Of a DNA stretch of 64,000 bases, positions 49,229 to 62,287 are shown in pieces. The stretch spans positions 10,121-74,120 of the forward strand of contig NZ_CALVGT010000055.1 in NCBI RefSeq assembly GCF_944327175.1, in the 5' to 3' direction. The notes under the pieces were generated by a model. It was given only the letters and a program-made list of their open reading frames with translations, searched no databases and was not told the DNA's origin. Each line of letters opens with the position of its first letter. Positions within the stretch are counted from its first letter, which is position 1. The position numbers and the translations under genes are program-made. This DNA comes from an uncultured Lactobacillus sp. (GTDB lineage Bacteria > Bacillota > Bacilli > Lactobacillales > Lactobacillaceae).

Positions 49229-49807
49229 ATGCTAAAAACGCGTTATCAGCGCCTAATTGCCATAACACTCTTTTTGGACTTTGCGGTCAGCCTGTGGTGC
49301 GGCCTGCAGTTTGCGATGGATGGCGGAGAAGGCGAGATGCCAATGTATTATCTGAACGCCAATTTGATTAGCTTATACATCCAGCCGGGTCTAACCGTCA
49401 TGGCAGCCGTCCAAATCCTCTCTTTCCGCTCAGTCCGGCCGCTTCTGGCTCCCCGCGGTAAAATGGATTACTTTGACCAGCGCCTGGCCCAGCTGCTCTT
49501 CTTAGATTTGGCCATCTACCTTGTTTTCTCCATCGTGCCCTATTTCTTTGGCAAAAATCCCTGCTTCCGCTATGGCCCGGCCTGGAAGGGCATCCTCTTG
49601 CTCTTGATGCATTACCTGCTGTTCATTGCCTGCTTTATGTTGATCTTGCTCTGCATCAAGATCAAATATCCTTTCTTTATTATCGTTTTTGCCAGTACAG
49701 TACCTATTCTTTACCATTACTGGCTGGAGAAAACCTGGCTTTTACCGAAATACGCTAATATTTATGACCCACTCTGGCGGGCCATCCACCACATGTATAT
49801 ACTCTAA
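49229..49807 (+). CDS. Hypothetical 192-aa polytopic membrane protein (possible second permease subunit)
   Basis: Starts 3 nt after permease 2. About 5-6 TM. GC content returns abruptly to about 50%. Confidence 0.55.
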   Translation: MLKTRYQRLIAITLFLDFAVSLWCGLQFAMDGGEGEMPMYYLNANLISLYIQPGLTVMAAVQILSFRSVRPLLAPRGKMDYFDQRLAQLLFLDLAIYLVFSIVPYFFGKNPCFRYGPAWKGILLLLMHYLLFIACFMLILLCIKIKYPFFIIVFASTVPILYHYWLEKTWLLPKYANIYDPLWRAIHHMYIL

Positions 49808-49824
49808 GTCGAGGAGGAGTTTGT

Positions 49825-50427
49825 ATGTTGAAAGTATCACATGTTAAGAAGAGCTTTAAAAAACTGGCGGTTTTAAAGGACATCTCTTTAGAAACCCAAG
49901 CGGGTGAATTGGTCCACATCTCCGGTGTCAACGGTTGCGGCAAGTCTACCCTGTTCAAAATCATCGTTGGCCTCTTAAAAGCTGACAGCGGGGAGATCCA
50001 CACTGACAAGGATGACTACCTCGGTGCCTTGATCGAAAACCCTGGCTTTATCGAATATGAAACTGCCTGGGACAACTTGACCTTTTTAGGTCACTTCAAC
50101 CACCGCTTCCAGCCCGAAAAGACCCGGGACCTGCTCAAGGCCTTTGACCTGGATCCGGATAACCCGCAATCCGTCGGCAACTACTCAGTCGGGATGCGGC
50201 AGAAGCTGGGGATCATCCAGGCCGTGATGGAAGACCAGAACATTATCCTCCTGGATGAACCAACCCGGGGGATCGACAAGGAAGGGGTTGACCAGTTCGT
50301 TAACCTTATGAAAAACTTGCGCAGTGAAAACAAGACCGTCATCGTGGCCAGCCACGATGAAATTCCCGGCCTGGTCTACGACCGCCGCTTAAGAATGAAA
50401 GACGGGATCTTGCTGGCCGAAGAGTAA
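49825..50427 (+). CDS. Minimal ABC transporter ATP-binding protein (200 aa)
   Basis: Walker A GVNGCGKST, signature YSVGMRQKLG, Walker B IILLDEPTRGID, H-loop ASHD. GAGGAGG RBS. Confidence 0.88.
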   Translation: MLKVSHVKKSFKKLAVLKDISLETQAGELVHISGVNGCGKSTLFKIIVGLLKADSGEIHTDKDDYLGALIENPGFIEYETAWDNLTFLGHFNHRFQPEKTRDLLKAFDLDPDNPQSVGNYSVGMRQKLGIIQAVMEDQNIILLDEPTRGIDKEGVDQFVNLMKNLRSENKTVIVASHDEIPGLVYDRRLRMKDGILLAEE

Positions 50428-50466
50428 AAGTTGGCATTTTCCGCCCTGACCAGCTACAATAATCCC

Positions 50467-50928
50467 ATGATTAGTGAACAAGAACTGCAGCAGCTGGTCG
50501 AAAGCATCTCTCTTGAATCCTTCGGCCGGCCCTTTCTCCACCAAGCGAAAATCAACCGCCGCCTAAAGACAACTGGTGGCCGCTACCAATTATCTGACCA
50601 TCACCTGGAATTTAACCCGCTCTTTCTTAAGGAAGAAAACCTCCATTATCTGCCGGGCATCATCAAACATGAACTGGTCCATTACCATCTCCACCTGGCT
50701 GGCTTGGGCTACCAGCATAAAGACCGGGACTTCAAGCTACTCCTTAAAAAGGTAGGCGGCAGCCGCTATGCGCCAAGACTGGAGGAGAGCAAAATAAGCC
50801 GCTGGCACTACCGCTGCCGGCAATGCGGGCAGGACTACTGGCGCCAGCGGCAGGTCAACGTCAAGAAGTATTTCTGTGGCCGCTGCCGGGGAAAATTGGA
50901 AAAAATCGCCGGCCCCCTTGCTAAATGA
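50467..50928 (+). CDS. SprT-family zinc metalloprotease-like protein (alternative TTG start at 50431)
   Basis: HELVHYH (HExxH) and a C-terminal zinc ribbon CRQCG...CGRC. Confidence 0.8.
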   Translation: MISEQELQQLVESISLESFGRPFLHQAKINRRLKTTGGRYQLSDHHLEFNPLFLKEENLHYLPGIIKHELVHYHLHLAGLGYQHKDRDFKLLLKKVGGSRYAPRLEESKISRWHYRCRQCGQDYWRQRQVNVKKYFCGRCRGKLEKIAGPLAK

Positions 50929-50959
50929 GGGCAGCTTTGCTAAAATATTAAATGTATTT

Positions 50960-51045
50960 GCGGGCGTGGCGGAATTGGCAGACGCGCAAGACTAAGGATC
51001 TTGTGACCGCTTTTGGTCGTGGAAGTTCAAGTCTTCTCGTCCGCA
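50960..51045 (+). tRNA. tRNA-Leu with anticodon AAG (A at wobble position 34)
   Basis: Acceptor GCGGGCG/CGTCCGC, anticodon stem CAAGA/TCTTG, 7-nt loop CTAAGGA (anticodon 50994-50996), long variable arm, T-arm GGAAG TTCAAGT CTTCT. Confidence 0.85.
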
Positions 51046-51052
51046 CTAAGAT

Positions 51053-51082
51053 AAGGAGTCGTTGTAAGACGGCTCCTTTTTT
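51053..51082 (+). terminator. Intrinsic terminator after tRNA-Leu
   Basis: AAGGAGTCGT tgtaa GACGGCTCCTT followed by T6. Confidence 0.75.
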
Positions 51083-51162
51083 GTTGATTATTTAAACTTG
51101 CTTTTCCTGCAATCTGTTATAATTGATAGAACACAATGCAAGATGAATAGAAGGGTGTGCGA

Positions 51163-51786
51163 ATGTACGATTCTGAAGCCAGACAGAAGACCCTGAACCT
51201 GACGATCAGCGCGGTCTTTGTGGCCATTCTGCTGCTGGAAGCTTTTATTCCCAATGTGGGTTATATCACGATTTTGCCGGGCCTGCCGGCCATCACCACG
51301 ATTCCCTTGACAGTCGCGGTCTTTGCCTCTTTAAGAGGACCTAAAGCTGGCGCGGCCTTTGGCCTGGTCTGGGGCCTGACTAGTTTGATTAGGGCATATG
51401 CTGCTCCAAACGGCCTGGTTACCATTCTCCTTTTCCAGAACCCCTTGATTGCCTTATTGCCCCGGGTCGCTGCCGGCTGGGCAGCGGGCATGGCCGGGCA
51501 ATTGACCGATAAATGGGATAAGGAGAGCAGGAAACCTCTGGCTTACGCCTTAAGCGGCCTTTTAGCTTCAGCGGTCAACACGCTCATGGTGATCCTTTTG
51601 TCTGACTTGGTCTACTTCAGTCATCCCCAAAAGCTGGCTTTAGCCCTGGGGGCCAAGAGCGGGCAGTCTTTGCTGGTCATCCTCTTTACGGCCCTGGCCG
51701 TCAATGGCATTTTGGAAGCAGTCTTCAGCGGTTTGATCACGCCGCTCATTACCGCGCCCCTCAAGAAGCGACTGAAGTGGCGCTAG
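51163..51786 (+). CDS. ECF transporter substrate-specific (S) component, substrate unresolved (start ATG 51163)
   Basis: About 207 aa, 6 TM. The N-terminal pattern LNLTISAVFVAILLLEAFIP..GYITI is typical of S components. The matching ecfA1A2T module lies at 21962-24439. Confidence 0.6.
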   Translation: MYDSEARQKTLNLTISAVFVAILLLEAFIPNVGYITILPGLPAITTIPLTVAVFASLRGPKAGAAFGLVWGLTSLIRAYAAPNGLVTILLFQNPLIALLPRVAAGWAAGMAGQLTDKWDKESRKPLAYALSGLLASAVNTLMVILLSDLVYFSHPQKLALALGAKSGQSLLVILFTALAVNGILEAVFSGLITPLITAPLKKRLKWR

Positions 51787-51799
51787 AAAGCAGATAAGT

Positions 51800-52453
51800 A
51801 TGGCTGGACACAGAAAAACACGCAAGGGTAAGCAGACGACCACCATCCTCGTGGTCCGCGTTTTTGCCATCATCCTCTTGTGCCTGGGCTTGTTTGTAGC
51901 CTTCCGCTACTACCGCCGCCAGGCCTTGCAGCAAGAACAGATCCGCCAGGCTGAACTGGCCAAGCAGGAAGCAGCCGCTAAGCTTTTGCGGCAAAAGAAG
52001 GCATTTATCAAAAAAGTGGGGCCGATCTCGCAAAAAGTTGACAAGGGGACCGGCCTTTTGCCAAGCATCACCATCGCCCAGGCCTGCCTGGAAAGCAACT
52101 ACGGGCAAAGCGCCTTATCCCAGAAGTACAACAACCTCTTCGGGGTCAAGGGGACCAGCCCTAACACTTCAGCCGTGATGACGACCAAGGAGTACAGCAA
52201 GGGCAAGTGGGTGACCGTCAAGGCCCGCTTCCAGATTTATGATTCTTATGAGGCCTCCATCCGGGCCCACGTCCGCCTCTTCCAGCAGGGAACCAGCTGG
52301 AACAAGGACCAGTACAAGGATGTTTTGGCAGCTAAGGACTATAAGAGCCAGGCCAAGGCCCTGGTCACTGACGGCTATGCCACCGATCCGGATTACTCGA
52401 CCAAACTCATCAATTTAATTGAACAATACAACCTGAATAAGTACGATAATTAA
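51800..52453 (+). CDS. Membrane-anchored GH73 N-acetylglucosaminidase (peptidoglycan hydrolase)
   Basis: N-terminal TM anchor. GH73 catalytic region ITIAQACLESNYGQSALSQKYNNLFGVKG and YATDPDYSTKL. Confidence 0.85.
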   Translation: MAGHRKTRKGKQTTTILVVRVFAIILLCLGLFVAFRYYRRQALQQEQIRQAELAKQEAAAKLLRQKKAFIKKVGPISQKVDKGTGLLPSITIAQACLESNYGQSALSQKYNNLFGVKGTSPNTSAVMTTKEYSKGKWVTVKARFQIYDSYEASIRAHVRLFQQGTSWNKDQYKDVLAAKDYKSQAKALVTDGYATDPDYSTKLINLIEQYNLNKYDN

Positions 52454-52467
52454 GCAGGTTTGACAAG

Positions 52468-52496
52468 GCTGCCAGAGCTTTTTGGCAGCTTTTTTT
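52468..52496 (+). terminator. Intrinsic terminator
   Basis: GCTGCCA gagcttttt TGGCAGC followed by T7. Confidence 0.75.
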
Positions 52497-52542
52497 GCTA
52501 TAATGGATAAGCTAAGTTTTTTGATTTTTGAAAGGGGAAAGC

Positions 52543-54804
52543 ATGTCTGAAGCAACGATTTTACAAGGTTTGAATCCGCAACAGGTCCAGGCAGTCAAGA
52601 CGACTGAAGGGCCCCTTTTGGTAATCGCCGGGGCCGGCAGTGGGAAGACCGCGGTTCTGACTAGGCGGATTGCCTACTTGGTGGAAGAAAAGCGGGTTGC
52701 TCCCTGGAACATCCTGGCCATCACCTTCACCAACAAGGCCGCTAAAGAAATGAAGGAAAGAGAAGTCAAGCTCCTGGGTGACCAGGCGGAAAGTATCTGG
52801 ATGTCCACCTTCCACGCCCTCTGCGTCCGCATCCTCCGCCGGGACGGGCACTTGATCGGCTATGACCGGGACTTCTCCATCGCTGACCCTTCAGAGCAGG
52901 TGACCCTGGTCAAGCGCATCCTCCGCCAGCTGGACCTGGATCCCAAGCAGTACCTGCCCCGCAACATCTTGAGCCAGATCTCCAATGCCAAGAACCGCCT
53001 GCAAACGCCAAAGCAGTATGAGGAAAGCGCGGTCGGTCCTTTTGAAAAAGTCGTCGCCGACGTCTACAAGAAATATCAGTCCAGCCTGGAAAGAGACCAG
53101 ATCCTGGACTTTGACGACTTGATCATGCAGACTCTGTCCCTCTTTAAGGCCAGTCCTGATACCCTGGCCTACTACCAGCAAAAGTTCCGCTATCTGCTGG
53201 TTGACGAATACCAGGACACCAACGTGGCCCAGTACGAGCTCTGCCGCCTGCTGGCTGACGGCTACCACAATATCTGCGTTGTCGGGGATGCCGACCAGTC
53301 AATCTACGGCTGGCGGGGAGCCAACATGGAAAACATCCTCAACTTTGAGCATGACTACAAGCATGCCCAAACTGTCAAATTGGAGCAGAACTACCGGTCA
53401 ACCGGCCACATCTTGAAGGCGGCCAACTCCGTTATCGACCACAATGAAAACCGGAAGGCCAAGAAGCTGTGGACTGACAAGGGCGACGGGGAAAAAGTCC
53501 ACTACTACCAGGCCCAGAGCGACCGGGACGAAACCCGCTTCGTCCTTGCCAAGATCAAGGAAGAAGTTGACAAAAAGAAGCGCCGCTACCAGGACTTTGC
53601 CGTCCTTTACCGGACCAATGCCCAGTCCCGTGGGATGGAAGAAACTTTGGTTGAAGCCAATGTCCCTTACCAGATCGTCGGCGGGCACAAGTTCTACGAC
53701 CGTAAGGAAATCAAGGATATCATGGCCTACCTCAAGCTGGTGGCCAATCCCAGCGATTCCATGAGCTTCAACCGGATCATCAACGTTCCAAAGCGGGGGA
53801 TTGGCCAGGCTACGACTACTAAATTGGCTGCCTTCGCTGACGAAATGGGGGGCGGGATTTACGAAGCCATGCGCAATGTCGAATTGGCTCCGATTTCTGC
53901 CGCCGCTGCCAAAAAGCTCCTGGCCTTCAGCGACCAGCTGACTGCCGCCATTGCTTACGCCCAGGACCACACGGTTAGTGAACTGACTGACAAGATCCTG
54001 GAAGACTTTGGCTACATCAAAGCCTTGAAGGAAGAAGAAGCCCAAGGGTCCCTGGAAGCCGCCGCCCGCCTGGAAAACCTGCAGGAATTCGCTACGGTTA
54101 CCAAGCGTTTTGACGACAATTACAATGAAGAAGAAAACCCGGACAGCAGCCGTTTGAGCGACTTTTTAGCGGAAGTATCCCTCTTAAGCGACCAGGATGA
54201 CCTGGAAGAAAGCGATGACCGGGTAACTTTGATGACCCTGCACGCGGCTAAGGGTTTGGAATTCCCAGTCGTCTTCTTGATCGGGATGGAAGACAACATC
54301 TTCCCGCTTTCCCGGGCGATCAAGGACGAAGACCCGAACCAGCTGGAAGAAGAACGCCGCCTGGCTTACGTGGGCATTACCCGGGCCAGAGAAGAGCTTT
54401 ACTTGACCTCGGCTTACACCCGGATGATGTACGGCAGCAAGCAGTACAACGCCCAGTCTCGCTTTATCGGCGAAATTAAGGATGAGGACCTGGACATCGT
54501 GGCTTCAACTGCTCCGAAGTCCAGCACTTCCTTCTTAGACCTGGACCGGCTGCCTTTTGCCAAAAAGTCCCAAGCTAAAGCCGCTAAGCCGGCTAAGATC
54601 CACCGGGCCAGCAAGGCAGCCGGGGCCGTCGGCGCTGAAAAGAAGGGCTGGCACCCTGGCGACCAGGTAGAGCACAAGAGCTGGGGCAAGGGCGTGGTCA
54701 TCAAGGTCACTGGCTCTGGAGACGACATGGAACTGGATATTGCTTTTGCAAGCAAGGGCAACAAGCGCCTGCTGGCGGCTTTTGCCCCGATCAAGAAAAT
54801 TTAG
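52543..54804 (+). CDS. pcrA: ATP-dependent DNA helicase PcrA (UvrD family) (start ATG 52543)
   Basis: MSEATILQGLNPQQVQAV..AGAGSGKT. DEYQDT (motif II). AAGGGGA RBS. Confidence 0.96.
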   Translation: MSEATILQGLNPQQVQAVKTTEGPLLVIAGAGSGKTAVLTRRIAYLVEEKRVAPWNILAITFTNKAAKEMKEREVKLLGDQAESIWMSTFHALCVRILRRDGHLIGYDRDFSIADPSEQVTLVKRILRQLDLDPKQYLPRNILSQISNAKNRLQTPKQYEESAVGPFEKVVADVYKKYQSSLERDQILDFDDLIMQTLSLFKASPDTLAYYQQKFRYLLVDEYQDTNVAQYELCRLLADGYHNICVVGDADQSIYGWRGANMENILNFEHDYKHAQTVKLEQNYRSTGHILKAANSVIDHNENRKAKKLWTDKGDGEKVHYYQAQSDRDETRFVLAKIKEEVDKKKRRYQDFAVLYRTNAQSRGMEETLVEANVPYQIVGGHKFYDRKEIKDIMAYLKLVANPSDSMSFNRIINVPKRGIGQATTTKLAAFADEMGGGIYEAMRNVELAPISAAAAKKLLAFSDQLTAAIAYAQDHTVSELTDKILEDFGYIKALKEEEAQGSLEAAARLENLQEFATVTKRFDDNYNEEENPDSSRLSDFLAEVSLLSDQDDLEESDDRVTLMTLHAAKGLEFPVVFLIGMEDNIFPLSRAIKDEDPNQLEEERRLAYVGITRAREELYLTSAYTRMMYGSKQYNAQSRFIGEIKDEDLDIVASTAPKSSTSFLDLDRLPFAKKSQAKAAKPAKIHRASKAAGAVGAEKKGWHPGDQVEHKSWGKGVVIKVTGSGDDMELDIAFASKGNKRLLAAFAPIKKI

Positions 54805-54808
54805 GTGA

Positions 54809-57972
<3,164 letters not shown>

Positions 57973-57983
57973 GAGGTACATAA

Positions 57984-58289
57984 GTGGAAAAGGTAACAAA
58001 TGATACCATCAAGCACGTTGCGGCATTAGCCCAGCTTGAATTCAGCGAAGAAGAACTGGCCAAGTTCACCCCGCAAATGGGGAAGATTCTGGAAATGGCA
58101 GAAGAACTTCAAGCCGTTGACACGACTGGCGTTGAAGAAACGGTGCAAGTAGTTGATCGCGACACTGTCTTCAGAAAAGACATTCCTGAAAAGTGGCAGA
58201 CCCGCGAAGAAATGATGAAGAACGTTCCTGACAAGAGCAACGGTTTTGTCAAGGTACCTGTAATTATCGATAAGGATGATAACCAATAA
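57984..58289 (+). CDS. gatC: Asp/Glu-tRNA(Asn/Gln) amidotransferase subunit C
   Basis: GTG start after GGAGG. 101 aa. [14 protein letters not shown]. Confidence 0.95.
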   Translation: MEKVTNDTIKHVAALAQLEFSEEELAKFTPQMGKILEMAEELQAVDTTGVEETVQVVDRDTVFRKDIPEKWQTREEMMKNVPDKSNGFVKVPVIIDKDDNQ

Positions 58290-59731
58290 TGAACTACTTA
58301 AACGAGACGATCGATTCTTTAAACGACAAGCTGAAGAGCGGCGCTGTTTCTGCTGACCAATTGGCCAAGGACACCATCGCCAACATCAAGAAGACTGACG
58401 AAAAGATCAACGCCTTCATCACTGTAGATGAAGACGCCAAGCCAGCTGAAAACCTTGATTTTAACAACAAATTGGCCGGCGTGCCGATTGCCATCAAGGA
58501 CAACATCATCACCAATGGCTTGAAGACGACGGCAGCCAGCCACATTTTGTACAACTTTGAACCAGTTTACGAATCAACTGTTGTCGCCAAGCTGAAGGCA
58601 GCTCAAGCTACCATCATCGGCAAGACCAACATGGACGAATTTGCCATGGGGTCATCCACCGAAACTTCTTACTTCGGTGACACCAAGAACCCATGGAACT
58701 TAAACAAGGTGCCAGGCGGTTCATCCGGTGGTTCTGCAGCGGCTGTTGCCAGCGGTGAAGTGGTTGCTGCCCTGGGTAGTGACACCGGTGGTTCAATCCG
58801 CCAGCCAGCATCCTTCAACGGTATCTTCGGGATCAAGCCAACTTACGGCCGGGTATCCCGTTGGGGCTTGATTGCTTTTGCCTCATCACTGGACCAAATC
58901 GGGGTGATGAGCAAGCGGGTCAAGGACTCAGCTGAAGTTTTGAATGTGATCGCCGGGGCTGACGATCGCGACGCTACTGTTTCAGAAAAGGAAGTACCAG
59001 ACTACACCAGCTTCCTGGGCAAGGACGTCAAGGGCCTGCGGGTTGCCGTTCCTAAGGAATACATGAGCGACGCAGTTGAAGAGGGCGTCCGCAAGGCAGT
59101 TGAAGCTCAAATCGAACTTCTGCGGGCAAACGGGGCCATCATCAACGAAGTATCCTTGCCGCACACCAAGTACGTGGTGCCAACTTACTACATCATCGCT
59201 TCCAGTGAAGCTTCAGCCAACCTGGAACGTTACGACGGGATCCGTTACGGCTACCGGGCAGAAGCCAAGAATCTGAGTGAAGTCTTCCTCAAGTCCCGGT
59301 CAGAAGGCTTTGGCGACGAAGTAAAGCGGAGAATCATGCTGGGTTCCTTCGCCCTGTCCGCCGGCGCTTACGACAAGTTCTTCTTGCAGGCTGCCAAGGT
59401 AAGAACCTTGATCTGCCAAGACTTCGACAAGATCTTCGAAGACAACGATGTTATTGTCGGGCCGGTTTCTACCGAAACTGCTTTTGACTTGAACTCAGAA
59501 ATTTCTGACCCGATCAAGATGTACAACAACGACATCTTGACGATTTCCGCCAACATGGCCGGTATTCCGGCAGCCAGCGTGCCAGCCGGCTTGAGCGAAA
59601 CGACGGGGATGCCGGTCGGCTTCCAAATCATGGCCAAGCGCTTTGACGAAGGCCATGTCTTCCAAGTAGCTGACTTCATCGAACGCAGCAACAAGTTCTA
59701 CGAACAAACACCAGCTGGATTGGAGGATTAA
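58289..59731 (+). CDS. gatA: Asp/Glu-tRNA(Asn/Gln) amidotransferase subunit A
   Basis: Amidase signature [24 protein letters not shown]. Confidence 0.97.
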   Translation: MNYLNETIDSLNDKLKSGAVSADQLAKDTIANIKKTDEKINAFITVDEDAKPAENLDFNNKLAGVPIAIKDNIITNGLKTTAASHILYNFEPVYESTVVAKLKAAQATIIGKTNMDEFAMGSSTETSYFGDTKNPWNLNKVPGGSSGGSAAAVASGEVVAALGSDTGGSIRQPASFNGIFGIKPTYGRVSRWGLIAFASSLDQIGVMSKRVKDSAEVLNVIAGADDRDATVSEKEVPDYTSFLGKDVKGLRVAVPKEYMSDAVEEGVRKAVEAQIELLRANGAIINEVSLPHTKYVVPTYYIIASSEASANLERYDGIRYGYRAEAKNLSEVFLKSRSEGFGDEVKRRIMLGSFALSAGAYDKFFLQAAKVRTLICQDFDKIFEDNDVIVGPVSTETAFDLNSEISDPIKMYNNDILTISANMAGIPAASVPAGLSETTGMPVGFQIMAKRFDEGHVFQVADFIERSNKFYEQTPAGLED

Positions 59732-59736
59732 TTTAA

Positions 59737-61167
59737 ATGAATTTTACGTCAACTATCGGTCTGGAAGTCCACTTTGAGTTGAAGACCAAGAGCAAGATCT
59801 TTTCACCTTCACCAGTAACTTACGGGGCCAAGCCAAACACCGAAACTAACGTTATTGACTGGGGTTACCCAGGTACCTTGCCAATGGTTAACAAGGAAGT
59901 CTACCGCCTGGGCTTGATGGTCGCTTTGGCCACCCACTCCCATGTTAACCCGGTAACCCACTTTGATCGGAAGAACTACTTCTACCCGGACAACCCGAAG
60001 GCTTACCAAATCACCCAATTCTTCAAGCCACTGGCTGAAAACGGCTATGTTGAAGTCGAAGTTCACGGCAAGAAGAAGAAGATCCATATCCACGAAATGC
60101 ACATCGAAGAAGACGCCGGTAAGAACACCCACGGGACTAACGGCTTCTCCTACGTTGACTACAACCGGCAAGGGGTACCGCTTTTGGAAGTTGTTTCTGA
60201 ACCAGAAATGACTGACCCGGACGAAGCTGTTGCCTACTTGGAAAAGCTGCGGGAAATCGTGCAATTTACTGGGGCTTCCGACGTTAAGATGGAAGAAGGG
60301 TCAATGAGAATTGACACCAACATCTCCATCCGTCCAGCCGGCCAGAAGGAATTTGGGACCAAGGTCGAAATGAAGAACTTGAACTCCTTTGAACACGTCC
60401 GTCTGTCTCTGGCTTACGAACAAAAGCGTCAGCAGGAAATCCTCCTGTCTGGCGGCCGGGTTCGCCTGTCCACCCGCCGTTTTGACACCAACACGGGCAA
60501 GACTGTCCTGGAACGTGTCAAGGAAGGGGACGCGGACTACCGTTACTTCCCAGAACCAGACCTGGCTCCATACCACATCAAGCAGGAATGGGTTGATGAA
60601 ATCGCGGCCAACTTGCCAAAGACGGCTGACGAACGGCGGAAGATCTACGTTGATGAATACGGCCTTAAGCCATACGACGCGAACGTTTTGCTGCAAAACA
60701 AGGAAAGCTCAGACTTCTTTGACGCTACTGTAGCAGCCGGTGCTGATCCAAAGCAGGCAGCCAACTGGATGAACACCCAGGTTAACGGCTACTTGAACGA
60801 AAAACACGCTGAACTCAAGGACATCGCCTTGACTCCGGAAAACCTGGCAGCCATGATCAAGCTGATTTCTGACGGGACGATCTCATCCAAGATCGCCAAG
60901 AAGGTCTTCACGGAAACTGTTACCAATGGCACTGACCCGAAGAAGTACGTTGAAGAAAACGGCATGGCGCAATTGTCAGACGAAAGCGTCCTGGCCCCAA
61001 TGGTCAAGGAAGTTGTCGACGCCAACCCGCAGTCTGTTGAAGACTACAAGAATGGTAAGGACCGGGCTATCGGCTTCTTGGTTGGGCAAATCATGAAGCA
61101 GACCCGGGGCAAGGCCAACCCTAAGGTGATCAACAAGCTCCTCTTGGCCGACCTGGCCAGCCGTTAA
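59737..61167 (+). CDS. gatB: Asp/Glu-tRNA(Asn/Gln) amidotransferase subunit B
   Basis: [15 protein letters not shown], the canonical GatB N-terminus. 476 aa. Confidence 0.97.
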   Translation: MNFTSTIGLEVHFELKTKSKIFSPSPVTYGAKPNTETNVIDWGYPGTLPMVNKEVYRLGLMVALATHSHVNPVTHFDRKNYFYPDNPKAYQITQFFKPLAENGYVEVEVHGKKKKIHIHEMHIEEDAGKNTHGTNGFSYVDYNRQGVPLLEVVSEPEMTDPDEAVAYLEKLREIVQFTGASDVKMEEGSMRIDTNISIRPAGQKEFGTKVEMKNLNSFEHVRLSLAYEQKRQQEILLSGGRVRLSTRRFDTNTGKTVLERVKEGDADYRYFPEPDLAPYHIKQEWVDEIAANLPKTADERRKIYVDEYGLKPYDANVLLQNKESSDFFDATVAAGADPKQAANWMNTQVNGYLNEKHAELKDIALTPENLAAMIKLISDGTISSKIAKKVFTETVTNGTDPKKYVEENGMAQLSDESVLAPMVKEVVDANPQSVEDYKNGKDRAIGFLVGQIMKQTRGKANPKVINKLLLADLASR

Positions 61168-61201
61168 GGCAGGAGAAAATTTTTAGAAAAAGGTGAAGCA
61201 G

Positions 61202-62128
61202 ATGACTAAGCGCGCGCGCTTGATTTACAATCCGGTTTCCGGGCATGAACAGATGCCGAAGAACGTTTCTGATATTTTGGATATTTTGGAACAAGCGGGT
61301 TATGAAGCCAGTGCCTTCAGAACCACGCCAGCTCCGCTCAGTGCTCAAGATGAAGCAACCCGGGCAGCCAAGGACGGTTTTTCACTGGTCGTGGCCGCCG
61401 GCGGGGACGGCACGATCAACGAAGTCGTGAGCGGGATCGCCTTTTTGCCTAAGGAAGAGCGCCCGCGCATGGCCATCATCCCGGCGGGGACGACCAACGA
61501 CTACGCCAGAGCCTTGAAGATTCCGCGCGACGACGTGGTTGCCGCGGCTAGAGTGATTCTTAAGAACAAGGTGCAGAAGATGGACGTGGGCCGGGCCGAC
61601 TTCGGCGACGGCAGCCAGAAGTACTTTGTCAACATCGCTGCTGCTGGCTCTTTGGCGGAACTGACCTACGGGGTTTCTTCAGACGTCAAGTCCGCTTTGG
61701 GCTACGCTGCCTACCTGATCAAGGGGGCGGAAATGTTGCCAAACCTCAGCGAATGCGAAATGCGGCTGACTTTTGACAAGGGCGTTTACGAAGGCAAGCT
61801 GTCTCTGCTTTTATTGGGGATGACCAACTCCATCGGCGGTTTTGAAAAGATCATGCCAAACGCTGAACTTTCAGATGGCCTCTTCCAGCTGATCGTGGTC
61901 AAGCCAAGTGACCCGGGCAATTTGCTCCGGTTGATGGCCTTGGCCTTGAACGGCAAGCACGTTGATGACCCGAACATCATCTACACCAAGACAACCAGTC
62001 TGAAGGCTGAACTAATCGGCCACAACCGCGATGATAAGCTCTCCGTCAACCTGGACGGGGAAGAAGGCGGCATGTTCCCGGTAACTTTTGAAAACTTGCG
62101 GGAACGAATCGAATTCTACGTCGGTTAG
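61202..62128 (+). CDS. dagK: Diacylglycerol kinase, soluble DagK / BmrU-family lipid kinase (start ATG 61202)
   Basis: RARLIYNPVSG...VVAAGGDGTINEV...PAGTTNDYAR. Follows gatB as yerQ/dagK does in Bacilli. Confidence 0.88.
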   Translation: MTKRARLIYNPVSGHEQMPKNVSDILDILEQAGYEASAFRTTPAPLSAQDEATRAAKDGFSLVVAAGGDGTINEVVSGIAFLPKEERPRMAIIPAGTTNDYARALKIPRDDVVAAARVILKNKVQKMDVGRADFGDGSQKYFVNIAAAGSLAELTYGVSSDVKSALGYAAYLIKGAEMLPNLSECEMRLTFDKGVYEGKLSLLLLGMTNSIGGFEKIMPNAELSDGLFQLIVVKPSDPGNLLRLMALALNGKHVDDPNIIYTKTTSLKAELIGHNRDDKLSVNLDGEEGGMFPVTFENLRERIEFYVG

Positions 62129-62138
62129 AACTGTTATA

Positions 62139-62170
62139 ATAGAGTTTGACTTTCTGTCAGACTCTATTTT
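62139..62170 (+). terminator. Intrinsic terminator after dagK
   Basis: ATAGAGTTTGAC tttct GTCAGACTCTAT followed by TTTT. Confidence 0.8.
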
Positions 62171-62287
62171 TATGGAAAAAGATAAAGTGAAAAGATGGGA
62201 ATGAAGAACAGAATTAGTCAAAGGGCCTTAGAGAGGCAAGATATGCTAGATTAATTAACGCCAGAGCAGCGGACTGACTGGCAAAAG

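Noticed and set aside
51086-51162. Possible vitamin riboswitch upstream of the ECF S-component
   Set aside because: The intergenic region is only ~77 nt, is AT-rich, and has no THI-box, FMN or other recognisable aptamer core and no terminator.
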